The position numbers and the translations under genes are program-made. From Macrostomum lignano (lineage: Eukaryota), in NCBI GenBank assembly GCA_002269645.1, contig NIVC01002350.1:117813-181812 (forward strand): DNA of 64,000 bases, written 5' to 3'. Under the pieces are notes generated by a model that searched no databases, was not told the DNA's origin, and worked only from the letters and a program-made list of their open reading frames with translations. Shown here piece after piece: positions 1-10,743 of the stretch. The stretch's first letter is position 1, and every line of letters begins with the position of its first letter.

Positions 1-2454
1 GTCTAGGGAACATACTCGTAGCATAGCAGTCTAGGGAACAGACTCGTAGCATAGTGCAGTCTAGGGAACAGACTCGTAGCATAGCAGTCTAGGGAACATA
101 CTCGTAGCATAGCAGTCTAGGGAACAGACTCGTAGCATAGCAGTCTAGGGAACAGACTCGTAGCATAGCAGTCTAGGGAACAGACTCGTAGCATAGCAGT
201 CTAGGGAACATACTCGTAGCATAGCAGTCTAGGGAACATACTCGTAGCATAGCAGTCTAGGGAACAGACTCGTAGCATAGTGCAGTCTAGGGAACAGACT
301 CGTAGCATAGCAGTCTAGGGAACATACTCGTAGCATAGCAGTCTAGGGAACATACTCGTAGCATAGTGCAGTCTAGGGAACAGACTCGTAGCATAGCAGT
401 CTAGGGAACATACTCGTAGCATAGCAGTCTAGGGAACAGACTCGTAGCATAGCAGTCTAGGGAACAGACTCGTAGCATAGCAGTCTAGGGAACAGACTCG
501 TAGCATAGCAGTCTAGGGAACAGACTCGTAGCATAGCAGTCTAGGGAACAGACTCGTAGCATAGCAGTCTAGGGAACAGACTCGTAGCATAGCAGTCTAG
601 GGAACAGACTCGTAGCATAGCAGTCTAGGGAAAAGACTCGTAGCATAGCAGTCTAGGGAACAGACTCGTAGCATAGCAGTCTAGGGAACAGACTCGTAGC
701 ATAGTGCAGTCTAGGGAACAGACTCGTAGCATAGCAGTCTAGGGAACAGACTCGTAGCATAGCAGTCTAGGGAACAGACTCGTAGCATAGCAGTCTAGGG
801 AACAGACTCGTAGCATAGCAGTCTAGGGAACATACTCGTAGCATAGCAGTCTAGGGAACAGACTCGTAGCATAGCAGTCTAGGGAACAGACTCGTAGCAT
901 AGCAGTCTAGGGAACAGACTCGTAGCATAGCAGTCTAGGGAACAGACTCGTAGCATAGCAGTCTAGGGAACAGACTCGTAGCATAGCAGTCTAGGGAACA
1001 TACTCGTAGCATAGCAGTCTAGGGAACATACTCGTAGCATAGCAGTCTAGGGAACAGACTCGTAGCATAGTGCAGTCTAGGGAACAGACTCGTAGCATAG
1101 CAGTCTAGGGAACAGACTCGTAGCATAGTGCAGTCTAGGGAACAGACTCGTAGCATAGCAGTCTAGGGAACAGACTCGTAGCATAGCAGTCTAGGGAACA
1201 TACTCGTAGCATAGCAGTCTAGGGAACAGACTCGTAGCATAGCAGTCTAGGGAACATACTCGTAGCATAGCAGTCTAGGGAACATACTCGTAGCATAGCA
1301 GTCTAGGGAACATACTCGTAGCATAGCAGTCTAGGGAACAGACTCGTAGCATAGTGCAGTCTAGGGAACAGACTCGTAGCATAGCAGTCTAGGGAACATA
1401 CTCGTAGCATAGCAGTCTAGGGAACATACTCGTAGCATAGTGCAGTCTAGGGAACAGACTCGTAGCATAGCAGTCTAGGGAACAGACTCGTAGCATAGCA
1501 GTCTAGGGAACAGACTCGTAGCATAGCAGTCTAGGGAACAGACTCGTAGCATAGCAGTCTAGGGAACAGACTCGTAGCATAGCAGTCTAGGGAACAGACT
1601 CGTAGCATAGCAGTCTAGGGAACATACTCGTAGCATAGCAGTCTAGGGAACAGACTCGTAGCATAGTGCAGTCTAGGGAACAGACTCGTAGCATAGCAGT
1701 CTAGGGAACATACTCGTAGCATAGCAGTCTAGGGAACATACTCGTAGCATAGTGCAGTCTAGGGAACAGACTCGTAGCATAGCAGTCTAGGGAACATACT
1801 CGTAGCATAGCAGTCTAGGGAACAGACTCGTAGCATAGCAGTCTAGGGAACAGACTCGTAGCATAGCAGTCTAGGGAACAGACTCGTAGCATAGCAGTCT
1901 AGGGAACAGACTCGTAGCATAGCAGTCTAGGGAACAGACTCGTAGCATAGCAGTCTAGGGAACAGACTCGTAGCATAGCAGTCTAGGGAACAGACTCGTA
2001 GCATAGCAGTCTAGGGAACAGACTCGTAGCATAGCAGTCTAGGGAAAAGACTCGTAGCATAGCAGTCTAGGGAACAGACTCGTAGCATAGCAGTCTAGGG
2101 AACAGACTCGTAGCATAGTGCAGTCTAGGGAACAGACTCGTAGCATAGCAGTCTAGGGAACAGACTCGTAGCATAGCAGTCTAGGGAACAGACTCGTAGC
2201 ATAGCAGTCTAGGGAACAGACTCGTAGCATAGCAGTCTAGGGAACATACTCGTAGCATAGCAGTCTAGGGAACAGACTCGTAGCATAGCAGTCTAGGGAA
2301 CAGACTCGTAGCATAGCAGTCTAGGGAACAGACTCGTAGCATAGCAGTCTAGGGAACAGACTCGTAGCATAGCAGTCTAGGGAACAGACTCGTAGCATAG
2401 CAGTCTAGGGAACAGACTCGTAGCATAGTGCAGTCTAGGGAACAGACTCGTAGC
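1..2454. repeat. 28-bp tandem satellite (GTCTAGGGAACAGACTCGTAGCATAGCA)n, truncated by the window start
   Basis: About 87 near-identical units. Variants are CATAC/CAGAC, a +TG 30-bp unit and a rare GGAAAAGAC. Confidence 0.99.
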
Positions 2455-5015
2455 TGAACAAGACTGTAGATGATTTAATTAATCTTCTAAAAAGTTTTTA
2501 ATAGAATTTTTCCTACAGAAGTTTGCAGAGACTGCGACTGAGACATCTCATTGGATTTTCTTCTTGTTCCTTGCAATTTCCCTTGGGAGGGCAGGTGGGG
2601 TGGGGGTTTCATTTAGTGAGCCAAATCCCGTGATGCGACAGATTTTTCTCAGACTAGTTGCGAATCTGGAGAGGATTAAATTTCCTAAACGAAAATTTTG
2701 GAAATGATTTAATTTATAAGTCAATCTGCGTGAGATGCCAGAGGAGAACTCTTTCGAATTCACGCGACAACTTCGAGTACATACGCGAATGCTATTGCCA
2801 CATTTAAATTACTGCCAAAGCTCGTGAAGTGACACGAACTTGTTCTATTTTTGGTCAAGTATAAGAAAATCTGCATCATTAATTATGGAATTATTGTGTG
2901 CTAGGAGTCTACAGATACTGTCTCTTAATACTCATTCATAGTCGCTAACTTGGTAATACTCCCTGCTCAACCTCTGCTCCTGATAACGACTCGTGTGCCC
3001 TCCCCCCCCCCAACTACTACTGCGGATACGAGCAGCCGTGATTTACGACCTCCTGCAGTGCGCCTACCAGCGCCCGTCTGTCTACACGCTCATAATTTCC
3101 CCCCAACCCGCGAGCCAGCCGCCCAACCTACTCATGCAGTGTCCTGCGGCCACCAACTTGACTCCACCACAAGCTGTCCGGACTCTTGGCTAAGTAATTC
3201 GTAGCGCAGATGGGGGCGAGCAGCATGTACCATGTACGAATGAATGAGAGGAGAGAAGCAAGGAAGAGCAGAGCTTGCAGAGCCGACCTCATTTCTGGTC
3301 TCATGGGGGCGGAGCTGCGGCTAATCGTCTCTCCAGCTTCCAGAAATCTGACAGTGTTTTTTATTCTTCATCTTTTTTTCATCTGATTTTGCTGCTCAAC
3401 GCTGAAGATGTCAAAGACACACACAGGCTGTTATAATGGACCCGACAGCCAAAGCATAGCTGTAGCTTTATTGTGTTATTTCATCATTTCGCACAATATA
3501 TGAAACGCAGAAGCATAGAAAGCGGAACCAGATTAACAATTTCTTCATCGGGATAATGGCACCCAGGAAACGTTTCGGAAGCATGTAAAATCCCGCAGGG
3601 CATTTTTAATTCATGGCTTGCTAATATGATTTTTGGCGGCATAAATTCTTTATAAGCATACAGCCTACTGGTAGTAGAGTTAATACTAACGGCAAATAAA
3701 TCCAATGTATTTTAAAATTCGATCAAATTCATTCAATCCGAACTCGCAAGCTCATGGACAGCCACGAGACGGTGGACTGCCAATTTTGCTGCTGACCAGG
3801 TTTTTGTTGCAAAATGCATTAGCAAGAGATAGAGAGTTTGCAGCTCTTTAGCACTGAACTAGCATATAACTTTTGACCTTGTACAGTCACTCTTGTGAAG
3901 AAAAATGATGCTTAAAACAAAACAGCATCCGTCCTGAAAGCCAGCTATCTGGGCTAAGATATCAGCATCCTTTGATCTTCGGCATCAAAGCCTCCCTTTA
4001 AGCCACGGCTTAGCCCTAACTTTCTCTCTTTGATGCTTGGCCTACTAACAACTTCCAATTGACCCTTGACATCTCAGCAAAACCCCTTCATGAGCCACAG
4101 TATTTCAGCAATTTTTCCATGAGTCTTTTTACATCTCAGTTGTTTTGCATGCCGAAGCAGCGTATATCGAGATGCATGATCGATAATGACTGGTGAGCAG
4201 CTTCCAAGGAGGAAGAGACAGGAGACATTTGGATCACTGAATCAGTGACAGTGACTGTTTTATGTTTTTTAGCTTGCTTTTTTGTCGTCTTTTTACTTTA
4301 GTTGTCAAGACAGAGAATATCTATTATAGAACTTGTCCTTAGTACAATAGTACCTGCGAGTAGACTTACGTATATAGCACTGCTTCTTCTAATTCCTAAC
4401 CCTAGCATGCTCCACAAATTCGAACAGATTTCTTACTACACACACGTAAATTTTATTTCAGAGACCCATGGCAACTGTGTGAAGCCACCTCTGTTTCATT
4501 CTCAATTATGTATAGACTCAGCCAAAAATACACTTGCAGAGCTTCGCGGGCTTTTTTTCACTGGTTTAATAGCATTTTAATACCCTGCAGCAAAGATGCG
4601 CTAAATATGAAAATATTCGAGTGCAGAACTTGCAGAAGCAAGTATAGTGCTAGTGGGGCGGATAGGAGCGACTGAGAGAGTCTTGCAAAAGACCGCACTA
4701 TAGCCAATCAATTTGAGCACAAAGCGGGGCTGCGCACTCATGAGCACAGTTTGAAGCAGGCCCCTCTCTCCCTGATCTCTTCTCTTTCCCATTGCCTGCT
4801 TGTTGTAGGCGTGCCCGTACAGCCTGACTGTCAGTCTGTCCTCTGCAGGTAAACCCGCTTCTCTCTTTATCTTGCAGCAGCCCCGCACTTGAGCGTGATG
4901 CTATTTATGCAGTCTCTACGCGTTCTATTTGATCTATAGCAACAAAAGCGAGACCATAGCTACATAGCGACGCAACTGCGCCAGTGTAAAATTGCACCAT
5001 TGATAAGTAATTCCG

Positions 5016-6215
5016 ATGTCTTCAGACGAAGAGACCGCCGCCGTGCCCAGCTACCAGCAGGAGTATCGACGACAGCTCGAGCAAGCGGATGCAGATGACG
5101 AGCGGGACGCTACGCTCAATCCGGGCGCCGGACTGCTGACGGAACGGTCCGTTGACAGCAACTGGGACGACAATCGCACCGACACTACCGCTCTGGACGG
5201 TGATGAAACTGGCGGAGAATGGGACTGCTTCCAACGGCTAATGCTGCCGCCAGTTGAGGCTGAGGATCTGATTCGACCGAGTCGACAGGGACCAGACAGG
5301 CAGATGTCAACTGGCGAGCGCAAGCCGCGACGCTTTGCGATCTGCCACAGCCAGACTGGCTTCGCCAACGCTGGGCCGCTGCTGAAACGGCAGGACAGCG
5401 CTGGCTCGCCGCCATTGTCTTCCCTTCTGTTAGTCAAGTACTATGACACGCACGACCGACTGGGCGTATTCGATGGACACGAAGGATCGCATCACGGCGA
5501 TCAGTGCCTGAATCTGGAGCCCGGCAGCCAGTTTGTCGATCTGTGCGTCAGCAATCGCTACAAAATGGTGTACCTGGTGGACCAAGAGAATAACCGGATT
5601 TACGGTGTGAACCTTACGGGTCAACTGCAGTTCATCATTGCAAAGCGCTTGTCTTCACCGCTAGCTGCCTGTATGGATGATCGGCACTCCATGCTGTTCG
5701 TACTTCAGCGTCGGAAGGTGCGCCTGTTCCAGGTGAACCAGCCCACTGATGAGCAGCGGCGCGGCCGACGGCAGAGACACTACAAATACATTGGAAGCAT
5801 CAAGTCGAATGACTTCCGCAATTTGGCTTCCGCTGATGTGCACGACGGTCGACTCTGGCTAGCGGATAGCCAGGCAGATCAGGTGCACGTGTACGCTTAC
5901 CGTGACACGGGAATGGAGCCTGTGCACATTATCAGCCTGCAGAATCCGATCTGCGTCAGTCTGGACGCCAGTGGCAGCGCTTTCATCGCTTCCGGAGAGC
6001 CGCTGCACCAAATTAGCGTGTACGAACCCGAGGGGACTCTCGTTGGTAGCTTTGGTGGCTGGGGTTCAAAGCCTGGAAGCATGAAACTGCCGATTGGAGT
6101 CTGCGCCTACCAGCTCAGCCACCTGGTCGACAAGCGAATGGTGGCTGTCTGTTGCTTCGGCGAGCACAAAGTCCGCATGTACGCTCTGAAGAATTTGGAC
6201 ACGAGTGTCATTTAA
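5016..6215 (+). CDS. NHL-repeat / beta-propeller protein with an acidic N-terminus, single coding exon
   Basis: 399-aa GC-rich ORF. The C-terminal part has NHL-like blades (VSLDASGSAFIASGEPLHQISVYEPEGTLVGSFGGWGSKPGSMKLPIGVCA; DGRLWLADSQADQVHVY). No RING or B-box seen. Confidence 0.8.
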   Translation: MSSDEETAAVPSYQQEYRRQLEQADADDERDATLNPGAGLLTERSVDSNWDDNRTDTTALDGDETGGEWDCFQRLMLPPVEAEDLIRPSRQGPDRQMSTGERKPRRFAICHSQTGFANAGPLLKRQDSAGSPPLSSLLLVKYYDTHDRLGVFDGHEGSHHGDQCLNLEPGSQFVDLCVSNRYKMVYLVDQENNRIYGVNLTGQLQFIIAKRLSSPLAACMDDRHSMLFVLQRRKVRLFQVNQPTDEQRRGRRQRHYKYIGSIKSNDFRNLASADVHDGRLWLADSQADQVHVYAYRDTGMEPVHIISLQNPICVSLDASGSAFIASGEPLHQISVYEPEGTLVGSFGGWGSKPGSMKLPIGVCAYQLSHLVDKRMVAVCCFGEHKVRMYALKNLDTSVI

Positions 6216-7168
6216 GCACCTGACCCTAAAACGTTACTAAATTTACCGTTTCTTGCGCCCTAATTTCAAAAATACTTTATGTATCTAACCAAGGACTACA
6301 TGTACTCATTTACATTAGTCGTCCTTGTATCTTCAATTCAACAAAAAAGCTAAGATGACAAAAAAGCGACTATTTGTACAATATGTACTGGCGTGATGCA
6401 TTTGATTTGAATAAATATACATGCAGAATTGCATGGCTGTTCGACGCTTCGAAGATTTTTCTGAGAATGATCTTTGTAATATCGGGTGTTTTCAACTGAA
6501 AATCAATTTAGTATCTGCCTTAATTAGATTTTTATTACACGTGTACGTGTAAAATAGTTACTACGAGCTATGTTAAGCTCATAAGAAAAATGAGCTGAAT
6601 ACCTAAAAAACTACACAACATAATTACCGTATTGAGATTCTCATAAAACCTGCATAGCATTAATGGGATCTCAAAATGTTTTATCGACCCGGTAAAAAGA
6701 TTGTTCAGCTTTATTTCCTGATACATTGCCCATTATGAGCACACGTATAGTCGACAATTTCCCGCGACAACGGCCCTGTTCGATTCGCCCAGGCGTTGCG
6801 TCAGGGCGGCGCCAAAGCCGAAATATTATTTATATTTAAATGCATATAATAACGGTTTAGACTGGATGGTCTGTATGTATGCAATATTTTATTCATGTAT
6901 CTAATTATATAATATTGTTATAATTAATTTATATATTAATTAATATATAATGTATGGTACATATATAATAATAAAATATATAATATATCTAATTTGATTT
7001 ATATATAACTAAACATTAAAATTGCCTATTTGTTGCATAGGAAAATTCTGCATTGATATATATACGTCCCAACATACTCAAATATACGATCGTATATTCG
7101 AGTTGCCAGCCGTCTAGGAGGAGATCCGCGTTAAACCCGGCCGGCCGATCCACTCAATTGTAGATATA

Positions 7169-7290
7169 ACGAGGCCAACTGATCCTCCGTTGGAGGAGTA
7201 AGGGGATAGAACTCCCATCGCCAGAATTTCATTCCCTGAAATCCATCAGCTGAATCCCATGACCCGAATCCCATCTTCCAAATCTTCTAT
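7169..7290 (+). repeat. Dispersed ~120-bp repeat, copy 1 (related to 23832-23950), followed by a CT-rich tract to ~7610
   Basis: Aligns by eye with 23832-23950: acgaggcc...cctcc-nnn-ggaggag...aagggga...actcccatc...gctgaatcc-atgacccgaatcc. Confidence 0.75.
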
Positions 7291-8874
7291 GAAACCTCTC
7301 AAATTCTTTTCTCTCCTCTCTGCTCTCTCATCTCTCTACTCCCTCCCCTCTCCTCTCTTACTTCTACTCTCGCTTCTCTCTCTCTCTCTCTCTCTTTTTC
7401 ATCTCTCACCTTTCCTCTCTCCTCTTCTCTCTACTCTCTCCTCTCCTTTCTTCCCTCTACATTCTCTTCTCTTCTCTTCTCTCTCCCTCTTTATTCCCGC
7501 CTCGATCCCCTCTTCTCTCACCTCTGTCATCTTTAATCTCTCCTCTCTTATATCTACTTTCTTTTCTATAATCTCTCCTCTCATCTCTCAGCTACTCTCT
7601 TATCTGACTGACTGAAGGCACCGATAATAAAACCAACTGAAATTTGTCACCCGCCTCCTCTATTATTGAAATTACTCAAACGATAAGCTGTCTTGAACGC
7701 TTGTACGCAACCCCTCAACTTTATCTGACTCTGACCTATCGCAAAAATAACTACAATCTTCGCAGAAAGTTTGAAAAGCATGGAAATCGTTTTTTCAATG
7801 CTGTGCTTTTTGTTTTCATATTTAAAGCAAATAACTTATATCCCCAAACTCAAGCGTTGCAAGATCTTTCCAGCAAAATAATTCTGTCCTCTCAAAGTTT
7901 AAAACTCGAGGAACAGTCAGCGTTTGAACTTCCAGATTTAAAGCATTGAAGTATCGAGTGTACATTCACTCATTTCACTGCCTGCTAAAAGAGGCTCACA
8001 AGTTTATTCATTGAATTTCACTGCCCATCAAATACACAGGGCTGCCTGTTTAAAGGCGCCGATAATAAAACTAATTGAATCTCGGCACAGTCCTATCGAA
8101 GCCTCTGTTTACACTGAAGTGCATGTCCTATAGAAGGAGCGAATTTCATTTCTAGCTCCTAACTCCTATAGTTAAGATTTCAAGGGCAAAATTTTACTCT
8201 TAGGTTGGGTAGGAGTGTCATTTTTGTCATGTTTTGACTCCATCCCGGCCCCCACTTTTCAAATCCTGGATCCGCCACTGGCACATTTTACTTGATAATG
8301 CGCTTCCTACATCTTTGTACGCCAGTTTCAACAAACAAATGATGCATCTTAAAACATAACAAATCATCTTAGATTTCAAAATGTATTGTCTGCGCCAAAA
8401 ACTGGCACTGTTTGGCTGAGTACAATAATGACCAATTTTTGATGGTCACTAATAGCACCGGCCTTCTTATATATTTCTTATACGCGAGTTATTTCTTATA
8501 GCAATTAATTGTATGATAGCAGTTAAACAATTTTCTATTGTCTTAGGCTATCAACTAATTAAATGCGCTCCCTTTTGCTCCTATTATGTGAAGGCTTTGT
8601 AGCTAAAATGGTTTTATTGCTTTTAGCTCACGACAGCCGCTTTTCACAGGGTAATAAGGCTTGAACTGTATTTTGTCGAATTACGCCTAGAAGTACTCCT
8701 TAAGGTGCGTTAGGAGTTTAACTAGAATTACTCCTTAAGGTGCGTACGTACATTTTAAGGGTTTAATACAAGGACCACTGTGTGACGGTGTGATTCGTAG
8801 AAGCGTGTATCGTATTTCTTTATTTTCATATGCATACCGTATTCTTTCATTTATTTTAACAATATTCGTACGTA

Positions 8875-10214
8875 CTTCGGCTGTCCAGAAAGTCGCGAGA
8901 ATGTATTTAAAAAATCAGTCAGAACTATGAAAAAACACGATAACAGCACTAGTTGGTAATGTAATCTCCCGTTGCATTGATTACAGCTTGGCAATGGTCA
9001 ACGAGTCGCTGAACCTCTCTTTTTAAGCAATCTTCGTCAAGGCCTCTTGCCCACTGCAACGCAGCTTCTCGAACTTCATTGTGGTCGCTGAACACTCGCC
9101 TGGAGAAATCATTCTTCATCCAACTGAACAAAAAACGGTCGCACAGATTGAAGTCTGGGCTGTAAGGACTCTGAAATACCAGCTGAACTCCACGGGACTC
9201 CATGTACTGCTGCACAGAACGGGCTACGTGAGGTCGCGCATTGTCCCACTGCCAAAGAACATCCGACAGGTGAATTGGCTTTGACCTCAGAGTACGCCAT
9301 AGGTCTCCAGTGTGCCGAATGAATTCAACATTGCCATCTGCATCAACAGTTTGCTTCGGGGCTGTGGATTCAATGGAGAAGCGCTTGCTTGGAGTGAAAG
9401 CAACCAGAAGCATTGTCTTTGCATTCCCGACCGAGTGCCTGACAACCTGGGGCCGATGATCTCCTTGGCCAAGCCAGCACCTGTTGTTTTGCTTTGTGCC
9501 AGTGTTGTTCAGGTACACCCACGTCTCATCTTCCACAACGTACTTGTCGCAAAAGTTTTCCACCCCTCGTTGTAAAAAAGCCTGCGGATTTGCTTGGCAC
9601 AATTGATGCGAGCATGCAGTCTTGTTCTCATCGGATAGAGCATGAGGAACCCAGACGGCAGAAACGTTTCGAAGGTGCAAATCCTCGGTCAAAATTTCGT
9701 GCACTGTTGTTTTATCAACTTCCAAAAAGTCAGCGAGGTCTCGGACACTAACTTTTGAATCATCCGATCAGTTCCGTTGTCCTTGTTGACCGTGGCCGGC
9801 CAGTCCGAGGAGCTGAGGCCAGGGGAAATGCTTCATCACGGAACTTTGAGTACCATCTGTAAACCGTTGATTGACCTGGTGCGGCATCTCCATAAACTTT
9901 AATTAGTTCGTCATAACAACTAATAACAGAGATTCCAAGACGGTATCTACGCTCGTAGCGTAGGCATAAGCCTGGAAATCTTCCATTTTGACGAACTCGC
10001 TATTAAATTTTTCAAGCTTGATCACCGCGTTGCATTGGTTTTTGAGCACTTTATGCTGAGCTCGCCCCTGCCCCCAATTTTGCTGCTAGAATAACAAGAA
10101 TTTTCACCATAGACATATATAAGTCTATTATTGAAATTTTATGTGTGCCATGTCATCAGCTTGCTGCTTTCTTGCTTGACTGACACATTCTCACGACTTT
10201 CCGGACAGGCGAAG
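8875..10214 (-). mobile_element. Tc1/mariner (DD34D) DNA transposon, 1340 bp
   Basis: 29-bp TIRs at 8875-8903 and 10186-10214 (3 mismatches). TA target duplication at 8873-74 and 10215-16. Contains a mariner transposase. Confidence 0.93.
8949..9986 (-). pseudogene. Frameshifted mariner transposase
   Basis: Motifs WVPHAL, DETW, WDNARPH and SPYSPDFNLCD with D-34-D spacing. The N-terminal HTH (SCYDELIKVYGDAAPGQSTVYRWYSKF...PRTGRP) is in a different frame from the ATG at 9986 and from the 8949-9725 ORF. Confidence 0.9.
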
Positions 10215-10345
10215 TATTATTATCGCGCTATTTTTACTGTTAATTGCTTTGTTTTTGTAGCCTCGTATGTGTTTATTCTATTATTTGTATTTCATTCATA
10301 TCGTTATTATTTCTCGTAAAGTAGTTCTACCTATGTACATGTACT

Positions 10346-10518
10346 TGTAGTAACTGAGTCAGAGGCCGTGTTTGCTGTGTAGCCAAACTCTTATAAATCT
10401 CGCCGCGCTGGGCACGCGTCTATATATTATGGAGTTAGAATTGGGGTGGCGGCACCCACCCCACTCCGCAGCCAATCAGACTGCCCGGGCGTACCATACT
10501 GTGCGTACGCACACTACA
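10346..10518 (-). repeat. 3' LTR
   Basis: Same sequence as 14781-14953. Confidence 0.97.
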
Positions 10519-10531
10519 TCTCTCCCCTTTC
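10519..10531 (-). promoter_or_regulatory. Polypurine tract GAAAGGGGAGAGA
   Basis: Purine run directly abutting the 3' LTR on the minus strand. Confidence 0.9.
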
Positions 10532-10743
10532 GAATAGAGACTGAGAGAGAAGAAAATCGATTTAAACGTAACTCGAAAATACAAAGTTCGAAAGATTCAC
10601 CGATGATGCGCATTGAAAATGGAGATTAAAATATTGAGGAAATAAAATATTTGAATTGAATGCAGCAAAAACGTAAAGAAACTTCAGTCCGCATATTACG
10701 GAAAAGAAAGTCAGTTAATTTCAGTCATTGCAGGATTTCAAAT

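Noticed and set aside
1-2454. CRISPR-like or telomeric array
   Set aside because: Units are contiguous with no unique spacers and no cas genes are present. One CTAGGG per 28-mer is not a telomere tract.
2519-2710. Possible plus-strand exon after the satellite (tttcctacag acceptor; ..GRAGGVGVSF..)
   Set aside because: Two frames are open and there is no convincing homology. It is not RtcB N-terminal sequence.
7175-7215. Hammerhead ribozyme
   Set aside because: A hairpin is present, but the CTGANGA...GAAA core in the correct arrangement is absent.
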